A stretch of DNA of 63,238 nt, counting the filler, from Cercozoa sp. M6MM (Eukaryota > Protista > Endomyxa: Ascetosporea), in NCBI GenBank assembly GCA_040357565.1. It is 11 parts of 11 records of this genome, joined end to end, with 100 filler letters (N's around TTAATTAATTAA, not from the genome) between each part and the next. Parts side by side here need not be neighbours in the genome. Positions count along the whole stretch, not along the records: positions 3,246 to 11,273 come from JBDODJ010000576.1; positions 11,374 to 18,439 come from JBDODJ010000664.1; positions 18,540 to 20,672 come from JBDODJ010001836.1; positions 20,773 to 24,021 come from JBDODJ010001540.1; 7 more parts are not named here. One strand, written 5' to 3'. Shown here piece by piece: positions 10,711-23,349 of the stretch. The stretch's first letter is position 1. Every line of letters starts with the position of its first letter. A program made the position numbers and the translations under genes. Under the pieces are notes generated by a model. It saw only the letters and a program-made list of their open reading frames with translations, ran no database searches and was not told where the DNA came from.

Positions 10711-11190
10711 TTAGACGGAGATGGTTTTGGAGCGAGCACGGCGCGCGCGTAGTCTCTTCACGGGACCTCCGGCACTGCCGCCCGAGCTCGAACTCGAGCC
10801 GGCCAGCGACTCGGACGGAGTGACCGTTGTCCGCGCGGACGCGGAAGAACTAGTCGGAGAGATCACTACGGGCGACGTGGCATCGACTTCGATGTCAGCC
10901 GGCAAGTCGTAGTCCTCCTGCACCCAACACAAGCACACAGTTATATTTATCCCTTTCTACCAGGAAGGTGGACCACTATACCGGTTTCGCTCGTTCCACG
11001 AACTCTGTGGCCGCGTGGACCAGCTATGTCACCAGGGGGTCAAACAGGGTGCGAGGGGAGGAAACGAAACCAACCGAGAGCACAAAGGCGCCCTCGCCGA
11101 AGCTGTGTTGAGTGTGCGGCAAGAAACGCTCAAGGTGACCCAGCAGGGCATTCCACTGCGGCACGTCGGCATGGCACACCACCCAGCTGC
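10711..11190 (-). CDS. VPS9-domain (Rab5 GEF) protein, C-terminal fragment
   Basis: WVVCHADVPQWNALLGHLERFL...FGEGAFVLS/LVHAATEFVE matches the VPS9 pattern yvvlkanpp.l.snl.yi..F..GE.gy.lt.l.aA..fi; followed by a Ser-rich tail. Confidence 0.65.
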
Positions 11191-11373
11191 GCAGTTATAC
11201 CCCCCGTTACCCCCGTTACTTCCCTTTCATACTTCCCCTGTTAGTTCCCTCATACTTCCCCTGTTAGTTCCCTNNNNNNNNNNNNNNNNNNNNNNNNNNN
11301 NNNNNNNNNNNNNNNNNTTAATTAATTAANNNNNNNNNNNNNNNNNNNNNNNNNNNNNNNNNNNNNNNNNNNN

Positions 11374-13878
11374 CCATTTCCTCGCTGTGTATGTGCATGT
11401 GTATGTGTGTAGTGTGAGTGCCTGGGAGACACTGGACCGCACGTGCAGCGACCCACAACGCATGAGGTGCAGTTTTACCCCCCTCTTTACCCCCCTCTTT
11501 ACCCCCCTGGATACAGTGTCGGAACGAACGAGAGAGGCACACTGCGTCGGGCGGCGATTGCTCTCGATGCGGCCACGCAGCAGGCCACCGAGGTGCTCAC
11601 CTTCTTTACCCCCCCCTTTCGAGCCCGTTTGACCCTCTTTCGACCCCGTTTGACCCCCTTTTGACCCCCGTTTTGCGCCCCGAAGGCACTGAAAGAGACG
11701 AAGCGACGCGCGTTTGACGACACGTTGAAACAGAGCGACAGTTTCGCTGCGTATGCCTTCTTTTGTCCCCTGCCTTTTACCCCCCTTTTACCCCCTTTAC
11801 CCCTTTACCCCCTTGTCTGCCCAGTGAGCTGAAGGAGCACGTTAAGCAGCTCAAAGAAGAAGGCACTGTGGTAAGATCTTGTTGTACATGTGTGTGTGTG
11901 TGTGTGTGTATGTATGTTGTTGCATGTATGTATGTATGTATGTATGTACATATGTATGTAATGTATGTATGTATGTCTGTCTGTAAGTATGTATGCCTAC
12001 GTAGGTCTATGTATGGTATGTATGGTGCGTGTGTGTATGTGTGTATGCAGTTGCACACCAAGTTGCGCAACGCCCGAAATGAGTCCGCCTCTGCGTGGCG
12101 GGAATACGAGGTGCAGTTTGNNNNNNNNNNNNNNNNNNNNNNNNNNNNNNNNNNNNNNNNNNNNNNNNNNNNNNNNNNNNNNNNNNNNNNNNNNNNNNNN
12201 NNNNNNNNNNNNNNNNNNNNCCCCCCCCCCCTCTTTACCGCCCTGCTCTTTAACCCCTGCCCCCCCCCGGTGTGTGTTTGCGCAGACTGCCATGCGTGCA
12301 GCACTTGAGAAGCGAAGCAAAGGCGCCGTCGATGGTCAGGGTATGTGTAGATAGCATATATGTCTATACATATGTATATATGTATATGTAGATTTGTATA
12401 TGTATATGTATATATGTATAGATGTATATATGTGTATGTAGATATGTATATGTAGATATGTATATGTACAGTGGAAAGCAGTATGTCGCCGCAGGAGGAT
12501 CCCTTTCTCATCTCGCGTCGCTACGTATGTCTACACCTTTATGTCCCTTTACTCCCCTTCCCTTTACCCTCCCTACCCTCCCCTTTGCCCCCTTGCGACA
12601 GCGCCTCAAGTCACAGCGTTTCCGCCAAGTCCAAGTATGACTCTTTACCCTCCCCCTTTACCTTACCCCTTTACCCCCCTCCCCCGTGCAGAAAGAGGTC
12701 GGCCAGCGCATGTCGTCGCTCTTCGCCGATGTCAAACTGCGCGACGGCCGGCGAATCGAGCGTTCCAAGGTGAGTGTGTGCCAAGTGTCTCCCCCTGCCC
12801 CTTAATTTCCCCCTTAATTACCCCTAACTAATCGCCATTCTCCGCATCCTTAACTAGTTGCTGTTTAATTAAGGGAGTGCACTGTGTAGTCGCTGCTGCT
12901 GGACTACCTGCTGGCCGAGCAGGAGATGCTGCAGCTGCGCCTGCATGCCGTGCAGCACGCCATTCGCGCCGTCAAGCAGATCGACCGCGAGGCCGATGTA
13001 CGTGTCTGGGGGGGGGGCTAGGGTAGGGGTAAGGTTGACTTGGCGCTCTGTGCAGGTTGCACTTTTCGTCCGTCACGGACAGTTCATGATGCCGGCTGAT
13101 CATGCACATGCCGACAAGTCGGTACATCTCCTGTCTACCTCTGGGACTAAACTGGCACTGGAACTAACTTGTGCAGATCTTCGATTTGATGCCGTCGGCG
13201 GCGCGGCAGCACAAGGTGTTCGCGCTGCTTAAAAAAGAAGTCACCCATTGTGCGCCACTTGCGGTAGCTTTACCCCCTCCTTACCTCCCTTTTACCCCAC
13301 CCCCCACCCCGGACCTTTACCCCACCCCCTCGCCACTTCCCTTCTTACCCCTTACCCCCGTGGAGGATGCGTAGCGACAAGGCCGGTTCTTCGCGTCGCA
13401 CTGGAAGATGGCGCGTGGTGTCGTCACTCGCAGCGGCTTCTTCCACCTGTTCGACCTGTCAACCGAGCAGAAGGCGCCGCCCAAGGACAGGGACGACGTG
13501 TTCGACGTGCCGACCATGCTCGAGCCGGCTGTCTCGGTGTCACTATGCGAGCCAGGTGTCTCGGTATCTCGCGCTTTATACCAGTCTACTCCCCCCCCCC
13601 CCGTAGCATCGTGTTGTCCTTGTAGATCCAGCCGCGCCCTGCACACGGCGCCGGCGTCTTTGAAGTGCTGGTGCCCAACACGAGTTTCTTCTCGCTCACC
13701 GGCGCACCCACACGACACCTGGTACACCCCCTCCTTCCTGCTGTCCTTTGTGTCGCTCGCTCGTGTGTTGTTGGATGCGCTCTGTGCTGCGCAGTTTCGT
13801 GCCGAGGATAGCGACCGCATGATTGAGTTCATCCAGGCCATGCGCGAGCACACGCGACGTGCTAGCGCCGTTGCGTAG
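11374..13878 (+). CDS. BAR/F-BAR-like coiled-coil + C-terminal PH domain protein (5'-truncated)
   Basis: Helical exons (ELKEHVKQLKEE, LHTKLRNARNES, RRIERSK/SLLLDYL) followed by PH-like RQGRFFASHWKMARGVVTRSGFFHLF...FRAEDSDRMIEFIQAM; stop at 13876-13878. Confidence 0.55.
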
Positions 13879-13961
13879 CAATCGCGCTAGAAACTAACCG
13901 TCTGAACTTGAGCTAACTAACTACCTGTTACGGCATAGCGTTTCACAACCAGTCAAGTTGT

Positions 13962-14352
13962 CATCTGACCACTCGTCAACGCGGACGATCAAATCTGAGC
14001 CAGTATGGTTAATAGTGAAGGATTTGTTTTGCTAGGTATCTCCTGCATTACATCCTGAGGCTTCTACCTGGCATTGTCAAGTGTTGTGCAGACCTGACTT
14101 CCTAGCTTGGGTCAAGCTTTCTACAGCTCACGCACTTTGACTGCAGGTATCTCTTCTCCAGCTTCCTTCTACGGAGCTCTTGTCCCGTCGCACTTGATAC
14201 GTTCTGCCGTGATAGTGCTTGGGCTGTTCCTTTTAATTGCCATCAACAAGCCTCCGAGCTTTCGACGACCTTTTCTACAAGGGTATGTCTTCTAACCCCC
14301 CGCATAGACGCCATGCTAACTGACGTTTTACTTCCTTTATTTAGTCGTCTTC
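13962..14352. repeat. Dispersed non-coding element, family A, copy 1 (between convergent BAR-PH and UAP56 genes)
   Basis: Colinear with 21311-21666; identical blocks include GTATCTCCTGCAT, CAAGCTTTCTACAGCTC, CACTTGATACGTTCTG, GATAGTGCTTGGGCT and AGCTTTCGACGA. Confidence 0.85.
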
Positions 14353-14542
14353 GAGACCTTAGTTACTGGTTTCCATACCCCCACTCAGTCCGTCGCAGGA
14401 AACTATAGTAACTAGAACTTAATTTCTAGAGCGCACAACATCACGCCGCGGGCGCGCAGCACTGCACAATGACCAACTGCGTCTGATAATCACCGAAGAC
14501 GTGTTTGAGTCCGAGTCGACGCCCATCCAGGCAAGCGACGAC

Positions 14543-16137
14543 TTACTTGTGCACTGCATAAAAAGAAATGCCAAGAAACCCTGTAACCGACACAGAGAAA
14601 CACTCAGAGGTGAAGGTGAGGACGCACTGTAGAGGGCGGGGTCGATTGTGTCCGGCATCGGCTCGACCTTGGTTTCGAAGCGGCTCTGCACCTCGTCGAG
14701 CACCTTCTTCTCCTCAGCGTTGCCGACGAAGGAGATGGCGAGGCCCTTGGTGCCGAAGCGGCCGGCACGACCGACGCGATGCAGGTACTGATCGGCAGCA
14801 GTCGGCATGTCAAAGTTGACGACAACGTTGACCTTCTCGACGTCGACACCGCGGCCCCAGATGTCCGTGCTGACCAGGATGCGCGACTCGTAGCGCTTGA
14901 ACCGGTTGTACCGGTCGATGCGCTCGCTCTGCTTCATGCGCGAGTGGATCGCCATCGACGGGTAGCCGCACTCCTGCAGCAGGCGGTCGAGCTGCTTACA
15001 TCGCGCCACCTTGCTCACGAAGATCACGACCTACAGGGAACAAAGCGGTAAGGGGAGTGAGGATTCGAATGAGGCCAGGAAGGAGGTAGAGACAGGACGC
15101 ACCTGGTTGTACTCGAGCGAGCCGAGGATGTCGTTGAGCTTGCTGGTCTTGTCCTTTTCAGGAAGCTCAACGTAGTACTGCTGCAGACCGTGCAGCGTGA
15201 GCTTCTTCTCGTCGTCGATGAAGATCTTGAGCGGGTTGTGCGTGAACTTGAGGCAGATCTTGCGCGCCTCGGGCGAGATCGTGGCCGAGAACAGCATGAC
15301 CTGCTTGCTCTGCGGCGTCGCCATGAAGATGCGCTGCACCATCGAGCGCATGTTGTCCTCCGTCAGCATCTGGTCGCATTCGTCGAGAACGAATCGCTTG
15401 ACCTTGTCGACCTTGAGCGCGCCACGCTCGATCAGATCGAACACGCGGCCCGGCGTGCCAACAACAATGTGCGGCGTCTCCTGCTTGAGCTTGTCGACGT
15501 GGTCCTTCACGGGCACGCCACCGAAGAAGACAGCGATCTTCACGTGCGGCATGTGCTTGGCGAAGCGCTCGAACTCCTGGCAAATCTGGAAGGCGAGCTC
15601 GCGGTTGTGGCACAGCACCACAGTATCGACATCGTTGCTGCACAGCAGAGGCGCATAAGCACACGCATCAATGTTTAATCAACAACAGGAAAACAAACAA
15701 GGACAGAGGGAAACGCACTTGGTCTCGTCGGCCGACACCTCAAGCAGGTGCAGCGTCGTGAGCACGAACACGGCGGTCTTGCCCATGCCCGACTTGGCCT
15801 GCGCGATGATGTCCGTGTTGAAGATGGCCTCGCGGATGGCCTGCTGCTGCACCTCCGACGGGTGCTCGAAACCGCAGTCAGCCAGCGCCGAGAGCAGCTC
15901 CGGCTTCAGCAGCAACTCCTTGAACGAGCGCGCCTGCACACCGGCGTGCGAGCCCTTGGGTACGCCCTCATCACCTGTAAAACACAAATGCATACATATG
16001 CCGTAAACGCACAACCCTGGACACAGCCGTGTAGACCCAAAGGCACCAGCGGCAGCCGACGAGGACTCCTGCTCGCCCGTCGGCACGTCGTCGTCGTCAA
16101 AGTCGACGAACTCTTCCTTGTGCTCCTCGGCAGACAT
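14543..16137 (-). CDS. UAP56: DEAD-box (DECD) RNA helicase UAP56/DDX39/Sub2, 5 exons
   Basis: [68 protein letters not shown]; ends PALYMHK*. Confidence 0.97.
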
Positions 16138-16955
16138 TGCTGTGATGTGTGTTTGTGGGAGTTTTCGATGGCAGAAGCTACAGCGACAAAAGAAATCAAC
16201 AAAGTGCGAGCCTTCCGCGTGTTGGCGAGATTCTCTTTTTGGCATCAGTTTCCCCAACAAACAGCACAGCAGGCATCCCTTGGGCCACCGAAGCAAACAA
16301 ACGCTAAAGAACGCCACGCTTGTTCAGACTTGCAAAAAGGGCCCCACAGACACACCAAACTCTCGTCAAGAGTCACACGAACGGCTAGCGGCACTTGGCT
16401 GGCTCGGGCCCGGAAAAGAGAACGTTGTCACGAGCGGCGGCCCAGGGACGCAAAAACATCTCGATGACGTGTAGTGTTCTACCTCAAGCTCGTGGACAGT
16501 CGAACCGGGAAGCTTGGGACCTGGCTTTGGAGACGCGCGTTTTCGGCAGAAAGATAAAAGAAACTAAACCGGCGCTCTTTTCTGGGACCAATCACTTGAT
16601 CGGGTTGCCCGTGGCGACCAGTTTTTTACATTGCTCCGCGTGAGTGTTGGAGCGGTGACTGTCAGGAACGGCTTGTAGTTAGTTAAGCGGGGCACTCTGC
16701 GCCGCATTATCGCCGGCGAGGTTGGTTGTGCTGTCACTCTTTTGGGTCAGTGGTGCAATCATCCCAGTGGCGGCGACACCCGGCAGTCAAGAGGCCAATC
16801 AAAAAGAAGAAGTAGTCACCAAGAGCACAGCCACATCCCCAGGGTAGACCGATATTGAAGATCGATCCAGGAATTGCGGTAGCAGTGGTTACTTCTGAGG
16901 TGTTTTGAAAATCTCAGCGAAACGACAGGACAGGACACAGTGAGGCGACGAGAAA

Positions 16956-18348
16956 ATGACGTCGTTTGAGATCGAAATGCCCGGTCCGTCCAGCCGCATG
17001 GTAGTATTTTGAAAACGCACACACTTTCTTGTTGGCGGTATGCCTGTGTGTATATGTTTAACATGGTGTACGTGTAACAATGATTGATGCATGTACTGTG
17101 AGTACTTGCAGACGGGCTGGACGGTAGCGGAGGCGGCCTCATGGTTGGCATCTTTCGCAACCGGCAAGCGCTACGCAAATCTGTTCTACGAGCACGCCGT
17201 TGATGGCGACATTCTGTTCACGATGTCGCATGAGGAGCTGCTCAGCATGGGCATCACCAAGGAGTCGCACCGAGACACTATCCTCAGCAAGATTCAGGTG
17301 CGTCTTGTAGGGGGGGGGGGGGGGGCTAGAAAGACCACATGGGAGACGTGTTTGTCTGAGCAGAGCAGGGGCAACAAGGGTCGTCGCAAGAGTCGCAATC
17401 GCGCCTCGTCCATCGGCAGTGCAAGCAGTCCGCTCGTGTCAAGTGAGACACCCGAGTCGCCGCTGTCGACCTCGTCGACGTCGCCGCTGCGTGTTCGCTC
17501 GCACTCGCGCTCGCGTTCGGTCGGTACGTCTCGTGCTCCCCCGATACCCTATACCCCCAGTCACATGTGTGCACAGCATACGACAGGAAGCTCCAGGTGA
17601 ACCGCGCCGGTTCGACAGGGTCGATGTACAGTCTTGTGCTTTTCCTGGGATACTGTTGTGACTGACGGTTGTTAATGACTCAGCGGCACGACGGAAAGTG
17701 CACGCAGTGCGAAACTGTCGCGTCTGCAGGAGTACAGTTCGAAGTGTACACTGCTCCATTTTTATGCTGTCTTGGCGGGTTTTACTGTGAGTGCGTCTCG
17801 ACACGTTGCAGTGGCCTTGCCGATGATGAGCACGTCGGAACTGCTGGAGAGAGCCGCCGAGTGCCAGATGTCGGGCACGGTAGTCTCTGTGCTCTCTGGC
17901 TCTCGTTACTCTGTACATACTTGCGGTGTGTGTAGTTACACAAGCGTGGCACTAAGTTTCTCAATCGCCGCGAGCGGCGTCGCTTTTTTGTGCTGCACGA
18001 CGAGTTCCTCTTCTGGTAGTCCTTTACTCCCTTTATACCAGCTCCTTTATCCCTGGAACCACAGGCTCAAAGACAAGAAAAGCGAATTTCCAGTGGGTCG
18101 ATTGCTGCTGACGGAGCCAAACCTGCGCGTCGCTGTGGACGGCACCGTTATCAACATCGACACGAACAAGAAGACCTACGTGCTGCGTGCACCCTCAGTA
18201 TGACCGACCTACTCTCAATCTACCTCTCTCAACACTGTTTACCCCTCCTTCCCTCCCGTAGGAACTACTGGCGCAGTCGTGGTACGAAGCCTTTCGCAAA
18301 GTGATCGACGACAACGAGGCTCGGCACTTGGCGGCTTCTGCACCTACG
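16956..18348 (+). CDS. SAM domain + PH domain protein (3'-truncated; start uncertain)
   Basis: WTVAEAASWL..RYANLFYEHAVDGDILFTMSHEELLSMGITKESHRDTILSKI (SAM); MSGT/LHKRG..RRRFFVL..TYVLRAPS/ELLAQSWYEAF (PH). Confidence 0.8.
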
Positions 18349-18380
18349 GTATAAGCTTTATGCCCCCCTGTCACCTATCG

Positions 18381-18439
<59 letters not shown>

Positions 18440-18539
18440 NNNNNNNNNNNNNNNNNNNNNNNNNNNNNNNNNNNNNNNNNNNNTTAATTAATTAANNNNN
18501 NNNNNNNNNNNNNNNNNNNNNNNNNNNNNNNNNNNNNNN

Positions 18540-19216
18540 TGCTCCGGGTCGTGTTGGGGTGGGGGCCCACGGGGGGGGTGGGGGTAAGGGGGGGGGGGGG
18601 GTAAAGGGGGGGGTGGGGGGGGGGTACACAGGTATCCAGGCCGGTCAGCATGTCGCGCACGAGCAGACGCGTGTGTCTCAGAGCGTCCTGAGTGAGACCG
18701 TCGGTGAGACCGTCAGTGAGACCGTGTCCAGTGGTATCAGTGGTATCATCGGGATCAACAGCGGCCCGTAGCGCACGTGCCAGACGGTGTCGGTGGCGCC
18801 ACTCGTCGTGGAACCACCGGAGCGACCGGCGGCGGCACCGACGCGCCTGCGGCTGCCACACCAGTGCGCACGTGTCCAGGGTCACCGTCCACGCCGCGTT
18901 GGGTCGCAGCGTCCGCGCGCACGTCGCGCCCAGCGTACCCGTAGCCAGCGGGTGCGCGAACGTCACTCGCGTCCGCGCGGACACGTTGCGCACGGCGCCG
19001 TCTGCCGCCACGGCCACGCGACGCGCCTACGCTCGTGTATTTTTGATATCTCTTTACACATATGGTATATGTGTATGGATATAGATACAGTATGTATGTA
19101 TGGATAGATATAGTATGTATATATGGATATGTCTGGATATATATATATATATATATGTATGGATATATATATATATATGTGGTATAGATAAATATATCGA
19201 TATCGATAAATATAAC

Positions 19217-19249
<33 letters not shown>

Positions 19250-20672
19250 CTATATATCTATATATAGATAAATATAACAGAAATATAGATATATATAACT
19301 ATATATATATATATATACATCTATATAGATAAATATAACATTAATATAGATATATATATATATATAGATAAATATTACTATATATTATACTATGGATATC
19401 TATATAACTATATGTATCGATATATACATATATATATATATGTATAAATATATCTCTACATGAATAAATATATATATATATGTGCATAGACATATCGATA
19501 CATAAACATATCTATACAGAAGTAATCCATAAATAATTCTCTATATATGAATATATAAATATATACATATATACATGAATATATACATATATATATACAA
19601 TCTATATGAATAGATCCATCTAGACATTAGTATATATATATATATATACCTTATACCTATATCCAAATACAAATACAAATACATATATACATTGATATAT
19701 ATATATATATATATAATACATATTATACCTCACGTTGCCGTTCATTGCTCTGCCCAGCGACGGTGAAGTCGGGTGCTCTCGTAGCCCCAGGTGTTGTTGT
19801 AGCCACAGGTGTTGTTGTAGCCACAGGTGTTGTAGCCACCTGTGTCGGAGCAGACTGCTCCTGCAGCACCGGCGGCGTCTGCAGCGACAGAGCGCGCAGT
19901 TGCTGCATGCACTCCAGCCACGCGCGCAGCAACTCGCGGTTCATCTCGCTCACGTCCAGCTAAGGAGGGGGGGGGGGGGTAAGGGGGGCCGGGGGGCCAA
20001 GATCTATATATGTATGTATATGGATATATATATGTATGTATAGATTTATGTTGAGATATATTATGCATAGATATGTATATATATATATATATATATTAGA
20101 TAAATCTATATTAATGTATCTATATATGTATTCATGTATCGAATATTATATATATATATATATTTATGTATAGACATATCTATATATATATATATCCATA
20201 TATACCATAGATATATATCAACATACACCCACACAAACATGCAGTACGGGGCAGGCCTACCTGCGTGGTCTTGCCGAGGCCGAACTGCGCGCAGTTGTGC
20301 TGCAGTTTGTCGAACAAGAGCGCCGCGCGGTCCAGCAGAGCCTCGTGGCGCCGCTGCAGTGACACGTGCTCACTCGCATGATCCCGAGTCGCATGATCCC
20401 GAGTCTGATCCCGCTGATCCCGAGTCAGATGATCCCGACTCTGATCCCGAGTCTGATCCTGAGTCACAGGATCCTGAGTGAGATGATCGCGCGTGCTGCG
20501 AAACCGTCGCGGCAGTGAGGCGATCAGTTGCAGGTAGCCACTCGTCACCGTGTTGCTGCCACGTGCCAACTCGGACCGCTCCGCACCGTCCGAGCCGTCC
20601 ACGTGGCCGTCCAAGTCCATGTCGGCGTCCATGTCGGCGTCCACGTCCAGCTCGTCGTGCCGCCGCCGCCGC
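18540..20672 (-). CDS. Internal fragment of a hypothetical protein with low-complexity repeats
   Basis: GC-rich exons (about 20260-20670, 19728-19960, 18630-19027) with GT-AG boundaries, separated by AT-microsatellite introns; TRDQ/TRDH and VATTTP repeats. Confidence 0.45.
19037..19727. repeat. About 690-bp degenerate (TA)n-rich intronic tract
   Basis: Almost exclusively TA/TAGA/TATC units. Confidence 0.9.
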
Positions 20673-20791
20673 NNNNNNNNNNNNNNNNNNNNNNNNNNNN
20701 NNNNNNNNNNNNNNNNTTAATTAATTAANNNNNNNNNNNNNNNNNNNNNNNNNNNNNNNNNNNNNNNNNNNNCCCCCCCCCCCCCCCCGCA

Positions 20792-21223
20792 GAGAGCTGC
20801 TGGCCAAGAGCAAGGTGCCGGTGCGGCAAGTGACGGCAGCGCAGAGTGTCGACGTCATTCGCGATCAGGAAATCGACCTCGTGTTTAACCTGCCGAGTCA
20901 GGACGACCAGGAGGAGGTGCGTATACCCCTACTCCCTCGCTACCCCTTTTGCGCCCCCCCCCCCCCCCTTCCAGGCCTATGTGCTACGTCGTGCCGCCGT
21001 GGACTTTGGCGTGCCTCTGCTGACGAATCTGAGTCTGCTGGACCTCTTCGCGCACGCTGTGGCGAAACACAAGAGCGGTGACGTGCTGGCCATGCAGCCC
21101 AAGTCGGTAGCCTAACCCCTTTTTCCTTTTCCTACCCCTTACCCCCCCCCCTTGCAGCTCTTTGACTACTACAAGGCCGAGGAGGTCGACGAGGCCTGGA
21201 CTTCCAGCAACGAGTTTCACTAG
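20792..21223 (+). CDS. CPS: Carbamoyl-phosphate synthetase, C-terminal MGS-like domain (5'-truncated)
   Basis: IRDQEIDLVFNLPS...AYVLRRAAVDFGVPLLTN; ends LFDYYKAEEVDEAWTSSNEFH*. Confidence 0.85.
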
Positions 21224-21310
21224 TGGACGGAACGCGATGGCTTGGTACTAACGTAACGCAAATGAGTTCGATCGGTCTTCAGCCGAAGCTAGTTCGCTTC
21301 AATCACGTCG

Positions 21311-21666
21311 CATCTGACTGCTCGTCCGCGCGGACGATCCAATTTGAGCATTCTTTCGGATATGAAGGATTTTTTGCTAAGTATCTCCTGCATCATATCG
21401 TGAGGTTTCTACCGTTCATAGTTGTTGTTCAGACCTGCCTGACTTCCTAGCTCGGGGCAAGCTTTCTACAGCTCGCACTTTTCCCTTTGCCTCCCTTTTA
21501 CCTTCCTTCTACAGAGCTTCCGTCATTCACTTGATACGTTCTGGTGCGATAGTGCTTGGGCTAATTTATTTCTTCCGACCAGCCTTCAAGCTTTCGACGA
21601 TGTTACAATTCATCCCTTCGACGTCCTTCTAACTGGACGAGAAACTTCATTTCTTTAGTCAACTTC
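21311..21666. repeat. Family A copy 2 (between convergent CPS and Cys-rich protein genes)
   Basis: See 13962-14352. Confidence 0.85.
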
Positions 21667-21809
21667 AGTACCGCAATATTTGCTCCAGGAAAGAAGCGCC
21701 CGCAGCGGGAGACGGCCTCTTTTCGGTTACATTTACTGCGAGCAGTGACGAGAGTAGACGGAGTGGATCGGGGTGGGAATTGCAGTAGTGCGGCGACTCA
21801 GCTGGCCGC

Positions 21810-22933
21810 TCACGGCTGCACGCACTTGCCTTCGTCTGCAATGAAGAGGCAGACCAGGCCTTGCGCACAGTCGGCGGTGCAAGTGCACGGCTGGCCAAGA
21901 GCCGAAGTGGCCACCATCGACGGGCACAGAGGGATAACCGGCGTCGGCGTCACCGGTATGTACTGAGGCCCGGTGCTAGGATTGGGCTCCATACGCTCAC
22001 TCTGCAGTGTTAAAAAATATAAAAGGAACGAAACTACGTACTCCGCGAGTAGAAACCTACGTCAGGTTGCAGGAAGAACCGTTGGGAATCATGCAGCGAG
22101 CCTCGTTTTCCTCCAGGATGAAGCAAGCTAGTCCCTGACCGCAGTCGTCGTCGCACTGGCACAAGTCATTGAGTTGACGTTTCTGCTGCGGCAGGCAGTG
22201 CTGGTCCTCGCGGAGGGTCTGCTGCAGTGGACGCGCCATGCCCGCAATGCTCTGGGTGCAGGACTTGGAACAGGAGTTGTTGGTGTCACACTCATTGTCG
22301 CACTGACACACTTCACCAATGCGCTTGCTGTTGTCCGCAGGACACTCCTGAGCCAGCATCACCAACATTCCCTCGCGCTCGCACTAAAACATGACGCGGT
22401 ACAAGAAGGGGAAGGGTGCAGTGAAGGCGAAACAAAGAGTCCAATCTTAAGCCAAAGATGTGTGGAGCGTAAGAATTGGAGGCGATAACATAAAACAAGA
22501 AGAACATGAACAGAGTGGGCGTTACAGTGGGACACTCGGGTGTCGTGGTGACGGTTATCGGAACCCCAATCGTTGTTGAAGTCGGCACCGTAGTCTCTGC
22601 TTCCGTAGTGGTTGCCGCAGGCGTAGTCGTTGCAGCTGTCGTACTGGTGGCGGGCACTTTGCGAAACAGTTTCTTGGCGGCCGCGCGAAGTGTAGCAGCA
22701 TCATGCGCAAGCGCCCGAAGCTGACGATCAATCTGTTTCTCGTGCTGCTTGAGCACGAATCTCATGCCGTCGGCGTCATGTTGTAGTTGCTTGATGTAGA
22801 GGTCTGCATTGACATCGTACTTGGCAGTTTTCGTGGCAGTGGTGTCGTACATGCCTTGGTAGGACGCAGTATTGACAGTAGCCTTAGCAAAGCCGACCGC
22901 GACGGCCAACAACGTTGTTGCTAGGAGTTTCAT
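21810..22933 (-). CDS. Secreted protein: signal peptide, coiled-coil, Thr-rich mucin-like stalk, three Cys-rich (CxCxxxCxxxxxC) modules
   Basis: MKLLATTLLAVAVGFAKA; TSTTAATTTPAATTT; GEVCQCDNECD, NDLCQCDDDCGQGLAC, GQPCTCTADCAQGLVC. Confidence 0.7.
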
Positions 22934-23349
22934 GGTGAGATTTTCGTGTAGAGTCGACGCAGAGACGGTCCCGTGATGGCGAGGTGTGCACAGTGACAAA
23001 AAGATACCGTGAAGGTGCAATTCCAATGTTTCCTACGTCCGAAGGGTGTTTCTCTGACTTTTGGGAAAGAAACGCCGAGTTTTCTCGGCACTCCGAGTTC
23101 AGACGAGAGATATCGGAATCAGACACGAAATTAATGAAATCATGACCAAAAGCTCCGATACCTCCGACTCCTCGAGTAGTTAACTAAACTTATATAGCCG
23201 GGCATAGAATTTGACGACTGTGTGAGCACTTCGAGCAGGGATCACGGACAAGCTCCTTTCGGAGCCGCGCTTTCTTAACAGCCGGCTGAGGCAGCATCGT
23301 GTTCGTATTGTTGGACTTTAATTTACTGGGGGTACAAGTAAATCCAAAC

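Noticed and set aside
14061-14280. Recurring TTCTAC motif reminiscent of Cas12a repeats or a CRISPR array
   Set aside because: No constant repeat or spacer length, no GTAGA stem partner, no cas genes, eukaryotic context.
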